Below are positions 53,505 to 64,000 of a DNA stretch of 64,000 nucleotides, piece by piece (position 1 is the stretch's first letter; each line of letters starts with the position of its first letter). The stretch spans positions 6,386,001 through 6,450,000 of the forward strand of contig JAWMAR010000030.1 of the NCBI GenBank assembly GCA_036785375.1. The letters run 5' to 3'. The position numbers and the translations under genes are program-made. The DNA comes from Leucoraja ocellata. Taxonomy: Eukaryota. The notes below the pieces were generated by a model that worked only from the letters and a program-made list of their open reading frames with translations, was not told the DNA's origin and made no database searches.

Positions 53505-54029
53505 TACCAAAGAAGGTACACTCCTCGTTTGAACAATAAAGACAGAAAAAGCCCTTTGCTTATGTCTAATATATATTGAATTTGTTGTTTAATATATAAT
53601 CAGGCTACTGCAGTATAGCTGCTGTAAATATCTGTGATTTATATAAAATACATGAGTCATACAAAGAACTGCTGATCAAACAACATTTTCATCCTCGTAT
53701 CTACTGCAGTGGCACAGACAGATAAATCATTGTGCATGGAGGAAGTGACATTCTGTTTATTAACTTTACATTATAGAACAAAACAAACAAAAATAAATGG
53801 ATTTTGTTAGCACATTTCATAACCTATATTTGTCGTATTGAAGTGTGATGGAGGAAATTGTTGATTAGTGAATCTTTCAATAATATCCACAATGAAGGAT
53901 GAGACCGTTATCTTCACAATCCATTCACAATTGAAACCCCCGCATCAGTACCGAATTCTCACAAAATATCCAACTAGATTGGTCATCAATTCTCTGATAT
54001 CACTAAAGTGCACAACTTTCTGATTCCAA

Positions 54030-54890
54030 GAGATGGCTCAATTCCTGTGTCTCTGCCCTCATCTTTCATCCCACCAACCTCCGCATCAAGCACATAATCC
54101 TCCGACATTACTGTTTCTTCCAACGTGATCTCAGCACCAGTCACATCTTCCTTCTCCATCCCTTTCTGCCTTCCACAGAGACTGCACGCTCTGCAAATCC
54201 TTGGTTCATTCATCACTTCCCACCCAAAACCACCCCATTCCCCAGGTACCATCCCCTGCAACCGCAGAAGATGTAACACCTGTCCCTATACCTCCTCCCT
54301 CGCTTCCATGCAGGGACCCCAGCTGTCCTTCCATGTGTGCCTGAGGTTCATGTGCACCTTCTCTAACTTCATACTTACTTTTTTGTCCCGGGCCAGTATG
54401 AGTACATATGCAAACTGAAGGAACAGCACCTCATATTCCCCTTGGATAGCTTACAATCCCGACGGTATGAACATACAAATCTCCAATTTTAGTTAATCTC
54501 CAACAAACCCCCCTCCTCCCCCCACCATCTTTCTTCCACCCACCCCACTCCTGTGCCGCACCTGGACTCGCACCGATTTTTCCATTTCCCCATCACCTAC
54601 ATTCCTTCCTTTGGCTTCACAATTTGCAACACTTCAATTGTTTTATTTTACATCTTTTATGTATCTCTGGCCCTATAAACCCCTTTCCCTCACCTGTGTG
54701 CAGTTACCTGCCACATGCTGTCTTGCCCCTCTCTTCCAGCTTTCTTCCGCCCCACCGTTCCCCCACAATCATTCTGAAGAACAGTCCCAACCCAAAATGT
54801 GACCTATGTTCCCCAGAGATAACTGAGTGGCTCCTGAACTTTGTGTCTCTTTTTTTGTAAACCAACATTTGCCGTTCCATGTTTCTACAA
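54030..54890 (+). mobile_element. Decayed Penelope-like 3' fragment (GIY-YIG region plus pLTR)
   Basis: PGTIPCNRRRCNTCPYTS..QGP..SF.V..RF.CT.SN is homologous to 1740-1890; degenerate pLTR at 54770-54890. Confidence 0.8.
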
Positions 54891-55135
54891 GAGAAGTACT
54901 TCTCTGAGCTACAGCCAGCATTGCAGGGAGGCAAATATGGTCAGAAAAACAATTGTAATGAATGACCAGGTAATTATTTTAATAGCACTAGGAAGAAAGA
55001 ATGAGTATCCCCAGTTGATTCTGGAATAATGTCAACGCCCTCAGCATTGCAGGTTATATATCAAATGAATGGTTGGGTAGAATGGTGAAGCACCTAGTGG
55101 AGCTGCTGCCTTATATAACATTAGCGACCCAGGTC

Positions 55136-55270
55136 GTCTTCTTGCGTATGGTGTGCACAGCCTAAAGTTGAAGGTCAACTTTTCTATTTGATCCAATTGT
55201 GTGTGCACGTCGGGTTGATTGCATTAGTCGAAACAGGGTGGATGACGTGAAGGTTGCAATCTCCCACCCC
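55136..55270 (-). mobile_element. Short non-autonomous retroposon headed by an HDV-like ribozyme (copy 2)
   Basis: 13-bp TSD AGCGACCCAGGTC (55123-55135) / AGCGATCCAGGTC (55271-55283); minus-strand tail CATACGCAAGAAGAC. Confidence 0.82.
55217..55270 (-). ncRNA. Minimal HDV-like ribozyme fold (copy 2; P3 mutated)
   Basis: GGGGUGG-GA-GAUUGCA-ACC-UUCACGU-CAU-CCACCCU-GUUUCGACUAA-UGCAAUC: fully paired P1 and P2; P3' GGU changed to CAU. Confidence 0.7.
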
Positions 55271-55582
55271 AGCGATCCAGGTCAATCCTGCCCACTGGTG
55301 CTGTCTGTGTGAAGTTTGCATGCTCTTCTTTTGACCATGTGTCTCCCCCAAATATTCCAATTTCCTCCACATCTCAGATATGGGCAGTTGATTGATTAAT
55401 TGATGAGTGTAAATTTGGTGTATAGATGTGTGGTAGAATTTGGTGGGGTGTGAATGATGGAAAAATAGAGAGAATAAAATGGGACTAGTGTAAGTGGATG
55501 CTTGATGGCCAGTATGAATGGTGTTTTGAAGCATTTTCTATGTTTGATCACCATGACCTAGTACCTATAACAACATTGAATT

Positions 55583-55733
55583 AAAGATAGACACAAAAAA
55601 CTGGAGTAACAGGCAGCATCTCTGGAGAGAAGGAATGGGTGACGTTTCCGGTCCAGAGATGCTGCCTGTCCCGCTGAGTTACTCCAGCTTTTTGTGTCTA
55701 TGGTTTAAACCAGCATCTGCAGTTCCTTCCTAC
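55583..55733. mobile_element. Palindromic pLTR insert with internal deletions
   Basis: ATAGACACAAAAAACTGGAGTAAC...GTTACTCCAGCTTTTTGTGTCTAT. Confidence 0.8.
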
Positions 55734-57335
55734 AGAATATTGAACTAGCTTGCTTGGGTATTCATGTTAAAATCCTGGTGTGCTGCTTCACCGTACCATG
55801 TTCCGGCTCCTTTTATTGATTGTTCCCAACCCCTACACCCCGTCATATTTGCATCTCAACATTTGAACTAGAAAATAGATTCTTCATGGGGGCAAGTTGT
55901 AACATATTATCACTGGGCCAAAGGCATGGAATCACATAGTTCTTGAGACAACAGCATGGAAGAATAATGCTTCCACTGCTTTTTGTGATTGGTCCTGCTG
56001 AGATTTGACAAGGCAACAATTCAGCCAGTTATAAGATTGCTGCGTATCTGGCACAGGTACTGCTTAATAAGCCTGAGTGATAATTATCTATGATTTCATG
56101 GTTTGTCATAAGCTCACCATTGGCACTGTTTATAATAGAGATGTTAAAATTAAAAATACTTACACATTTGAATTAAATCACAGATGTTCCTCATTCCACA
56201 TTTATGATCATTATTATTAAAAGTCAAATAAGATCCAAGTCCAAATGCTGATTCATAGTTTAATTTTTCATAAAGGCCAACAATTCCTCAGATCTTTATT
56301 ACACAATTACTCTTATCATATTCTCCAAATCGCTACATTCACATATGTGCTGTTATGTATGTCTTTTCTTTCATTCTATAGTGCAGCAAATGTGCACTAT
56401 GAGTATGACTGCATTATTTTCAAGGTATACTGCCTCTAAATATCAAAAACCTGTGGACCTGTGTTCAAATCCTTACTGGTGCTGATTTAACTTATTTCTA
56501 AATGAGGTAGTAGTGTTATACTCCATTTAATCTCTGACTCCATTTATGCTGAAATCATGGTTATATTCGATGCACACCATTGACAGCTGGAGAAAGATAT
56601 ACTTTGCCTTATTCAAACTCTTAGATTGCAAAGATAATATATAAGAACTCTTGCACCGTATACAATCTTCAAGACATGAGTTGAATAGTTTTAGTCAGAC
56701 TTTTAGACTTTTATTTGTTCTCTGAGTCCCATACTTGGCATCTCTCCTTGTTTTTGTTGTTTCATGGTTCTCTGTGCAATCCCGAGTTCTTGTGCTGTTC
56801 AGTATTTAGTGAGGAGTTAAATTCCATTCCTCAGATTCATCTCCTTCCTATTCCTTCTGATTCTTTCCAGTGAAATAGTATAGATTGCTAGTACAGTCCA
56901 AATCCAGCCAATAGTGGTCATCTTCATCCCATAGCCTATTGGTTGCCAAAGTATCATCTCTGTTTTCAACTTCAATTGAGTAGTATCCTAGTTATTGATA
57001 CTGTGTCAATTATATACAGAGATTTGTGGAATTGATTGCATAGGCAAGGACCTTGTTCACAACATGGGGCCCATGACCAAGCCTTGCCATTTAGGTATTT
57101 GTGTCTTAAACTAGGCCTTTAGTTATTTTCTATTACCAATACAGCAGAAGCCTGCTGCTGAAGACTTGGATGGAATTGGAGATGTCTTATGGCAAACCCA
57201 TTGTTTCTTATCTCACTGCAACCACATGTCCACTGTCTTATACCTTTCAATTTATCCAGTCTTGGTCTTGGTAAAATAAACTAACTTCCCAGGCTGCTGT
57301 TTACTGAATCTCGGTGAGTGTTACTTACAAGTGTT

Positions 57336-57465
57336 TAAGAAAGAACTGCAGATGCTGGAAAAATCGAAGGTAGACTGTGTGCTGCTGGAGAAACTCAGCG
57401 GGTGAGGCAGCATCTATGGAGCGAAGGAATAGGTGACGTTTCGGGTCGAGACCCTTCTTCAGACC
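57336..57465 (-). mobile_element. Solo pLTR insert with intact hammerhead motif
   Basis: Perfect 17-bp direct repeat TGTTACTTACAAGTGTT at 57319-57335 and 57466-57482. Confidence 0.88.
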
Positions 57466-57466
57466 T
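57431..57466 (-). ncRNA. Minimal type I hammerhead ribozyme motif (best copy in the window)
   Basis: AGGU-CUGAAGA-A-GGGUC-uc-GACCC-GAAA-CG-UC-ACCU: 4-bp stem I, stem II, palindromic ACGU stem III; predicted cut between 57435 and 57434. Confidence 0.72.
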
Positions 57467-58390
57467 GTTACTTACAAGTGTTGTCCCTTAGCTCTTACTG
57501 GTTTAGTTCATCCTGAATTCAGTCATTCCAGGAGCACAGTTGGGGTTGCATTCTGACAGATACAGTGGGTGCCGTGCTTTGCTGGTGACCAACAGAGATT
57601 GCCTCTGGCTGGCTGTAATATCAGTCTCCTTGTTTGTATTTTGTTGACATTCATAGACCACTCACCAATCCATATGCGGGAATCTGTAAATGGGTGTTAT
57701 GGCAATGTATGCTGTTCGCTTTCCTATTTTATGATGGTTGTTTTAATCCTTTGAACACTGCACATAGCCTGGAAGGCAAAGTAGCTTCTGAAATGTGACT
57801 GGTGCCATAGAGTCCCTGATTTCTGCCTCTGATGCAGCCTTGCACTACAGCAGAGTCACATAGGCATGTAGCACAGAAACAGACCTTCACCCCAACTCAT
57901 CCATCACAACCAAGTGTATATTAATATGCAGTTGTTGTCTCTCAGTAACAACTTCCCCAACTACTTGTAATATTGGTAATTGGCCCAATTAAATTCCTGT
58001 CATCTGGTCCATTATCCAGCAGAGGTGGGAAAGATTGGGGTTTGCAGCCTCTGAACCAGAAGCCCTTGAGTGGGTGTGCATATTTTCAATTCAGACAATG
58101 TGCCAAAGGAGGAATTCTGACATTTTTTTTTACAGTCACATTTTAAATAATTTCTGAAAATGTAACTTTTTTTGAGGATGGTAAAATTGACCAATAATTG
58201 TCCAGTGAGAAATAGTCAAACAAACAATACTGAATTTCAGATTAAATGCGGGAGGCAATCTATGCGCGCCAATGCAGGCACACGTCTAATTCTAACCAAT
58301 AACTTGAAAACACTGCTGTGTGGAATGATCAAAGCATTTTGATTAATATACTACTACTAGCAGTAATTGAAAGTAAAGATAAATAATCCC

Positions 58391-58595
58391 AAGATAGTCA
58401 CAAAAAGCTGGAGTAAGAGCATCTCTGGAAAGAAGGTATGGGTGACGTTTAGGGTCAGGACCCTTCTTCAGACTGGTCTCGACCCGAAACGTCACCCATT
58501 CCTTCTCTCAGAGATGCTGCCTGTCCTGCTGAGTTACTCCAGCTTTTTGTGTCTATCTTCGTTTTAAACCAGCATCTGCAGTTCCTTCCTACACA
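58391..58595. mobile_element. Palindromic pLTR insert
   Basis: Inverted arms around CTTCAGACTGGTCTCGACCCGAAACGTC; TSD-like AATCCCAA on both sides. Confidence 0.82.
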
Positions 58596-59194
58596 TAAAA
58601 ATCCCAAAATGATTATCTTGGTAACTAACCTAACCAATAATTTATATCTAAATTATGTGTGGTATTCTAATTGAAAACCTTAATTATTAAGATTTAGACA
58701 CTACAAAAATAGAATAAAACATCCAATGATTTGATTTTGCTGGAATTGAAACATTGATAAATAAGAAAAATGAAGAACGTGCATATGCTGAAATGAATTG
58801 TCTAAAGGCAGTGTACCAAAAATTCAGGAGATGAAGAGATTTGTACGCTTGTTAAAGATAGTTGACCAGTGTCTGCTGGCTCAACGATTATCATAGGTGC
58901 TCTTGACATCATAAATTCCCCATTATTTTTGCTGCATTTCCAATAGCTATAACCGTAGACTATGAGCCTTCATTTTAACTTGTGGATCACTGATTAATTG
59001 CCATCAGAATCAGTATCAGAAGTCTTTCAGAAATCTAAGTCAATCTAATGAACAAAATGTCATCATAAGGGTAATTAAATCCTGACCATTATTTCTATGA
59101 ATCATATATTTTTTTGAAAAGCTTTCTTCTGAAGTCCACTCAAATTATTTCATTATTTTTTATACCTTTTAATCCAACATGTATAAATAAGTCT

Positions 59195-60130
59195 AATGCC
59201 AAGTCAAGATCTACGGGCACTTGCATGGGTCCAAGCAAAGCCTGCCTTTTGTTGGGTACATCAAATATTCTCAGTTCCAGGGATACACTGGCCCTATCCC
59301 CAAACCCTATCTCCACTCCATTGACGACTGCATTCTAGCTACCTCCTGCACCCATCCAGAACTCATGGACATTATTAACTTCTCTACTAACTTTCACACT
59401 GCACTCAAATGCACCTGGACCAAGTCTCATATCTCCCTCCCCTTTCTTGATCGCACTATCTCCATCACACAAGATAGACTATCGTAAATGTATATTACAA
59501 ACCTACTGACTCCCACAGCTATCTGGACCATACTTCTTCCCACCCTGCCTCCTGCAAAGACTCTATCCCCTACTCCCAATTCCTCCGTCTCTGCCTCGTA
59601 TGCTCCCAAGGTGAGATGTTCCATACCAGGACATCTGAGATGTTCCCATTCGTTAGGGAATAGGGGTTCCCCTCTTCTATCACAGATGAGGCTCCCACAC
59701 GTGCCTCCTCTGTATCCCATAGTTCCATTCTTGCTCCCCCTCTCCCCAGTCGCGACAGGGACAGAGTCCCCCTAGTCCTCATCTTTCACCCAATCAGCTA
59801 TGGCGTACAACACATCATCCTCTGACATTTTTGCCACCTCCTAAACGGGATACCAGCATGAATGTGATTTTTTTCCCTTGTATGAATAGCACAATGACAA
59901 AATACCCACATTATGGAGACCCTTCCTCGCTCAAACCCACGAACTCCTTCCCCAACCCTTACCATCCCAGATAGACGCAAAGTGCTGGAGTAACTCGGCA
60001 GACTGAATCAGTCTGAAAATCCCAACTTATCCATATTCTCCAGCGATGTTGCCCAACCCAAAACTGAGTTACTCCAGCACTTTGTGTCCTTTTGTGTATC
60101 AACCACCATCTGCAGTTGTTTGTTTCAAAC
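59195..60130 (+). mobile_element. Penelope-like RT C-terminal fragment followed by a degenerate palindromic pLTR (59968-60130)
   Basis: GT.MGPS.A.LFVGY...IDDCI...INF.TNFH.ALK.TW...SLPFLD..ISI (RT catalytic xDD motif and thumb). Confidence 0.85.
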
Positions 60131-60152
60131 TACGTACAATTATACTTTAGAA

Positions 60153-60605
60153 TTAGATCCTTTATTTGTCATTCAGACCTTACAGTCTGAACGAAATGTC
60201 GTTACCTGCAGCCATACATACAATAATAAACAACAGAACAGACAGTAAACACAAATTAACATCCACCACAGTGAGTCCACCAAACACCTCCTCACTGTGA
60301 TGGAGGCAAAAATCTTAGGGCTGCTGTCTCTTCCCTCCTCTTCTCCCTCTGCGCTGAGGCGATACCTCACCGGGCGATGGGAAGTCAGTCCCGCGGCTCA
60401 CCGAGCTCCGCAAATGGGCCGGTTCAAACTCCGCGGCCCGGAGGTGGTCGAAGCTGCCGCCCTCCAGTCCAGCGGACGCAACTGTTGACGATGTCGTCCA
60501 CTGGCCCGCGGCCGAATCCCGGACTCAGGCCGCCGCCGCCAGAACGCCGTCTCAGCCACCGGAGCACCATTCCAGCCCCGAGCCGGGTCGCCCTCACGGG
60601 AGCGC
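60153..60605 (-). mobile_element. 5'-truncated CpG-rich non-autonomous retroposon
   Basis: Minus-strand tail TGACAAATAAAGGATCTA (Rex1-like); GC-rich body; shares a motif with 19758-20623. Confidence 0.55.
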
Positions 60606-61549
60606 CTTTCACACGATTCACTTTATTCGGTTATAATGGACAATCGGCAATAATGGGTACCCTATGGTCCATTATAATGAGGTTTTATTATGTTGCCATC
60701 CTATATAACTTGCATAACATGTTAGGTGTCATGCGTTTGTGCCCCAATCCAAAACTTATCTCTATATTATTGCACACACTGTTACCATCCTTCCCTACTG
60801 ACGTTTCAGTTCTCTGCCCTGGAGCTTTGAATACAATCATCCTTTCTTCCAACACAGCACTGCTCGAGTTGATTTTATGAACAGGCCATCAGTTTGTCTT
60901 TATAAAGTATTATTTCATTTGTACTCGTTTCTTTTAAGTCATGAACATAATTCAATCACGTTGTTGGCAATCTCCGCCATGTTTCAACATTTCTTGTAAC
61001 TTAATCGCAAGTGGCCTGACCCACATCACAAACTACATTTACCTTAAGATTGAATATAAATGTTCCATCTCACACTCAGCAGCTGTTCGAATATGAACAA
61101 TATTATAAATATAATTTTATGTTTGAGTATCCGCTAGTTCGTATTGATCTTGTTTATTGCAACGTACATGCTTTGTAGAATGAAGAATGTTCAGGGGAAC
61201 CCATATTAAAATGTAATTTTCAATCAATAATTTGATTTATTTCACCATATTTAATTTTCGTATAGGCCACTAGCTTTTCATATGTTCCTTTCACACGATT
61301 CAGTGCTGTCCTGTGCCACTAGCTTCATCTCTGATATCTGAGTAAAGTAAATGAAGATGTATCAGTCTAAAGTAAGGTCAGTATGAGCTTAAATATGTCA
61401 CGTTCACGTACTGAATTTCTGATGTCTTTCACTGATTCCAGACTAATCAAGTCGCTTGTTGCCAAGTGACCATTAATAGAGGAATATTATTGGAGGCTTC
61501 ATTGTAAAGCAAAAGTTAGAGTTTACCATTTTCACCCCAGTCTTACTCT

Positions 61550-61885
61550 TTCCTCCTGTCTCCTGTTGGACAGAAGATACAAAAGCTTGAAAACATGTGC
61601 ACCAGATTCAGGACCCCTCCGTTATCAGACTACTGAATGGTTCTCTCGTAAAGTAGTTGTAGTCCTGACTCTCCAACCCATCTCATTGTGGACCTTGCAC
61701 TTTTCTCGGTAACTGTATTGTTATAATGCTATAATACTATATTCTGTGTGTTGGTATTTTTTCTCTTTGCTTCTCCTGTTGTATGGCTTAATTGTACTCC
61801 TGTAAAGCAAGTTTTGACTGGATAGCACGCAAATAAACTTTTCACTGTATCTCAGTACACGTAACAATAATAAACCAAACCTATC
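61550..61885 (+). mobile_element. Decayed Rex1/Babar 3' tail
   Basis: CAGAAGATACAAAAGCTTGAAA...CCAGATTCAGG...ATCAGACTACTGAA; UTR ends ACAATAATAAACC. Confidence 0.6.
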
Positions 61886-63459
61886 TATCCTAGAGTAAAG
61901 TTCATTGGAGCAGAACATTCAAAATCAAAGCTTAGAATAGATACCCAACATAAACATTTAGTTTACCTATTAGAGGTGTACATCACAGAAGTGTGCCTTC
62001 CCTCATGCCATGCCCATGCTGCCCATTTTGCCATCTGCATTAATCCCATTTGCCTGCAATCCGGCAAAATAATTAAACATGAGATTTAATTTTTGTTAAG
62101 AATGCTTGAATCCGTGCTTCAATAAAAGTCAAATTGATTTTATGGCTTATGTCTGCAGTTTTGCTACACCCTCGGCCATCTGTATTCACTGGATTATACT
62201 GCACTCAATTCTGGCAGTCGATATTACATTAAAAATGTACTATTGGTCAATGTTTTCAGAAAAGACATAATTACATACTTTGCTGTCACTGATAAATGAC
62301 TATTCAAATAGAATTAAAATTTGCATTTTTAACATTACGTTTCATAGACATTAAGAGATATTTGGGGCCGACTAATTGGTAATCTAATCTAGCATTCAGT
62401 GAAGTTATTTGGAGAATAAATTGATGACTAGGAGAAATATAGTCGAGGTAAAAATAATGGGACAGAAATCTTTACAAGGCAGCATACTAAAATGAACTCA
62501 GACCTGCCAGTAATTAAAAGGATGATACAGGAGTGTAATCCCCTGTGGAACAATATTGGAATTCATTTACTGCCACTGTAGTTCAGCCTGTAGATGTATA
62601 CCACAGCATAAGGCAAGTGTTCAGATGCAATTTTATCATTGCAGGCCAGGACAATTGGCAAGCTACAGACATCAATGTTGACAGTCCTATAACAGTGTTG
62701 TGCATGTGTTGGCTTCAAAACGACTATGAAATGTAGTGTAAATCCATCTTTAAAATAACAAGACGGAACATGTGTTACCAAAACGTCCCATAAAATTCTT
62801 GCTCTTATTCATCATTTTCTCATTGTCAGCTGTTTGACAATGTTTCTTTGTCTTTCATTGTGTCTTTTGTTCTCTGTGCTTTTCTTAATCTTAGTTAAAT
62901 GTTAGTTTGCCAATCATTTGTGTTCAAGCATTTCTGCCATATCTGCAAAATCCTTTTTTTCTGGTTTTCAAGAAAATGATAAACGCTCATTGTCAAATTT
63001 CGAGTTTGTTAGACAGAAAAACTCGACATGTCAACTGAAATCGGACATATGATTTGTAAGTATTGCTTTAACACCAAAGCTGCATCTTATGCTGCCCATT
63101 CCATTGAGCATCACTCCCTGCCTAATGTGAAGTGATTTGGCTGTACTTTGAGTTTAAAAAGATCGTGGCTAAACTTGAACTCCTGCTGAAGGATAATTCC
63201 CACCAACTAAGCCCACATACCACTGCCCCCACATCTCCCAGCTCCACAAATGAACCCTTAAACCAAGGAAACCCTTTTAGACATGCATGTTCCATCTTTT
63301 ATTTGGACACTGAGAATCATAATGAAACATGCTCTGCAGTAATTTTAAGTCTAAAATGTGTTTCAAGGTTGCCGATCAATAAGTTCTTACCTTCATAACG
63401 TTAAACAAATCTATAAATAACATTATTAAAAATTAATGACACAACAAAAAATGATCTAG

Positions 63460-64000
63460 ACAACATCATCCCATTTTCCAGCCCTTGATCCATAACCCTA
63501 CTGACACTATTAAAATATGATGATTGTTTTTGTTTCTATTGCCCTCTCTGGCAATGAGTTTGAGAACCCTGCACTCTCTAGATTACATAAAATGGCGTAA
63601 TCTTTCCTCTATTTTACCAATTACCAAGTCTATGTCCTTTGTATTTTGACACACATATTTCCTATGACAGAAAGAATTTCCAGGCCTATCCAACTTTTCC
63701 TCATAATTAATCATTTTTAGTCCTGGGCACCATTCTTATAAATTACCATTGCACCATCTCCTGTACAATTATATATTTCCTGAACAATGGTGACCTGAAT
63801 TGTATACAGTACTTGTATTATACCTAAGTAGAATTGTACTCTTCTGTGCTTTCATACCACAATTTTCATGCTTTTATATTATATGTTTGACAATAAAATG
63901 AAGCATCCTTTTGCATTCTTAATTTGCTGATCCTCCTGTCCTCCCCAATTGTCCTGTCCTGTCCCCTTTCCTACCCAATTGACCAAATTATTCATATCCT
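63460..64000 (-). mobile_element. Ancient CR1 remnant
   Basis: Weak similarity to 28700-29250. Confidence 0.4.

Larger units (their letters stand above)
55082..55520 (+). mobile_element. V-SINE-like element interrupted at its B-box
   Basis: GAGCTGCTGCC...GACCCAGGTC | AATCCTG...GTTTGCATGCTCTTC...TTTCCTCCACAT. Confidence 0.7.

Noticed and set aside
60377-60880. 167-aa ORF
   Set aside because: Runs from a GC-rich repeat into unique AT-rich sequence; no domain or splice support.
1-64000. CRISPR array or prokaryotic defence system
   Set aside because: No regularly spaced repeat-spacer array or operon-like gene density; the sequence is vertebrate intronic DNA.

Overview
Eukaryotic, AT-rich, repeat-dense intronic DNA. 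The mix of V-SINEs, CR1, Rex1 and Penelope elements suggests a cartilaginous fish (inference). Three + strand coding exons (14790-14876, 33494-33592, 46033-46117) match my recollection of the C-terminal part of vertebrate CCSER2; the third is an 85-nt frame-shifting exon. The rest is mostly decayed transposons: CR1, Rex1/Babar, Penelope RT and GIY-YIG fragments, V-SINEs, a spliced hAT transposase, an IR/DR Tc1, Harbinger ends, a Helitron-like end and a TIR element with a 9-bp TSD. Two RNA-level signals stand out. (1) Two copies of a ~135-bp TSD-flanked retroposon whose 5' end is exactly the G1 position of a 54-nt minimal HDV-like ribozyme fold, followed by a structured body and a GAA-type tail. 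(2) A dozen or more Penelope pseudo-LTR-derived inserts, several with a minimal type I hammerhead core and many arranged as long palindromes with 11-17 bp TSDs. All calls were made by eye; no database search or folding program was run, and repeat boundaries are approximate.
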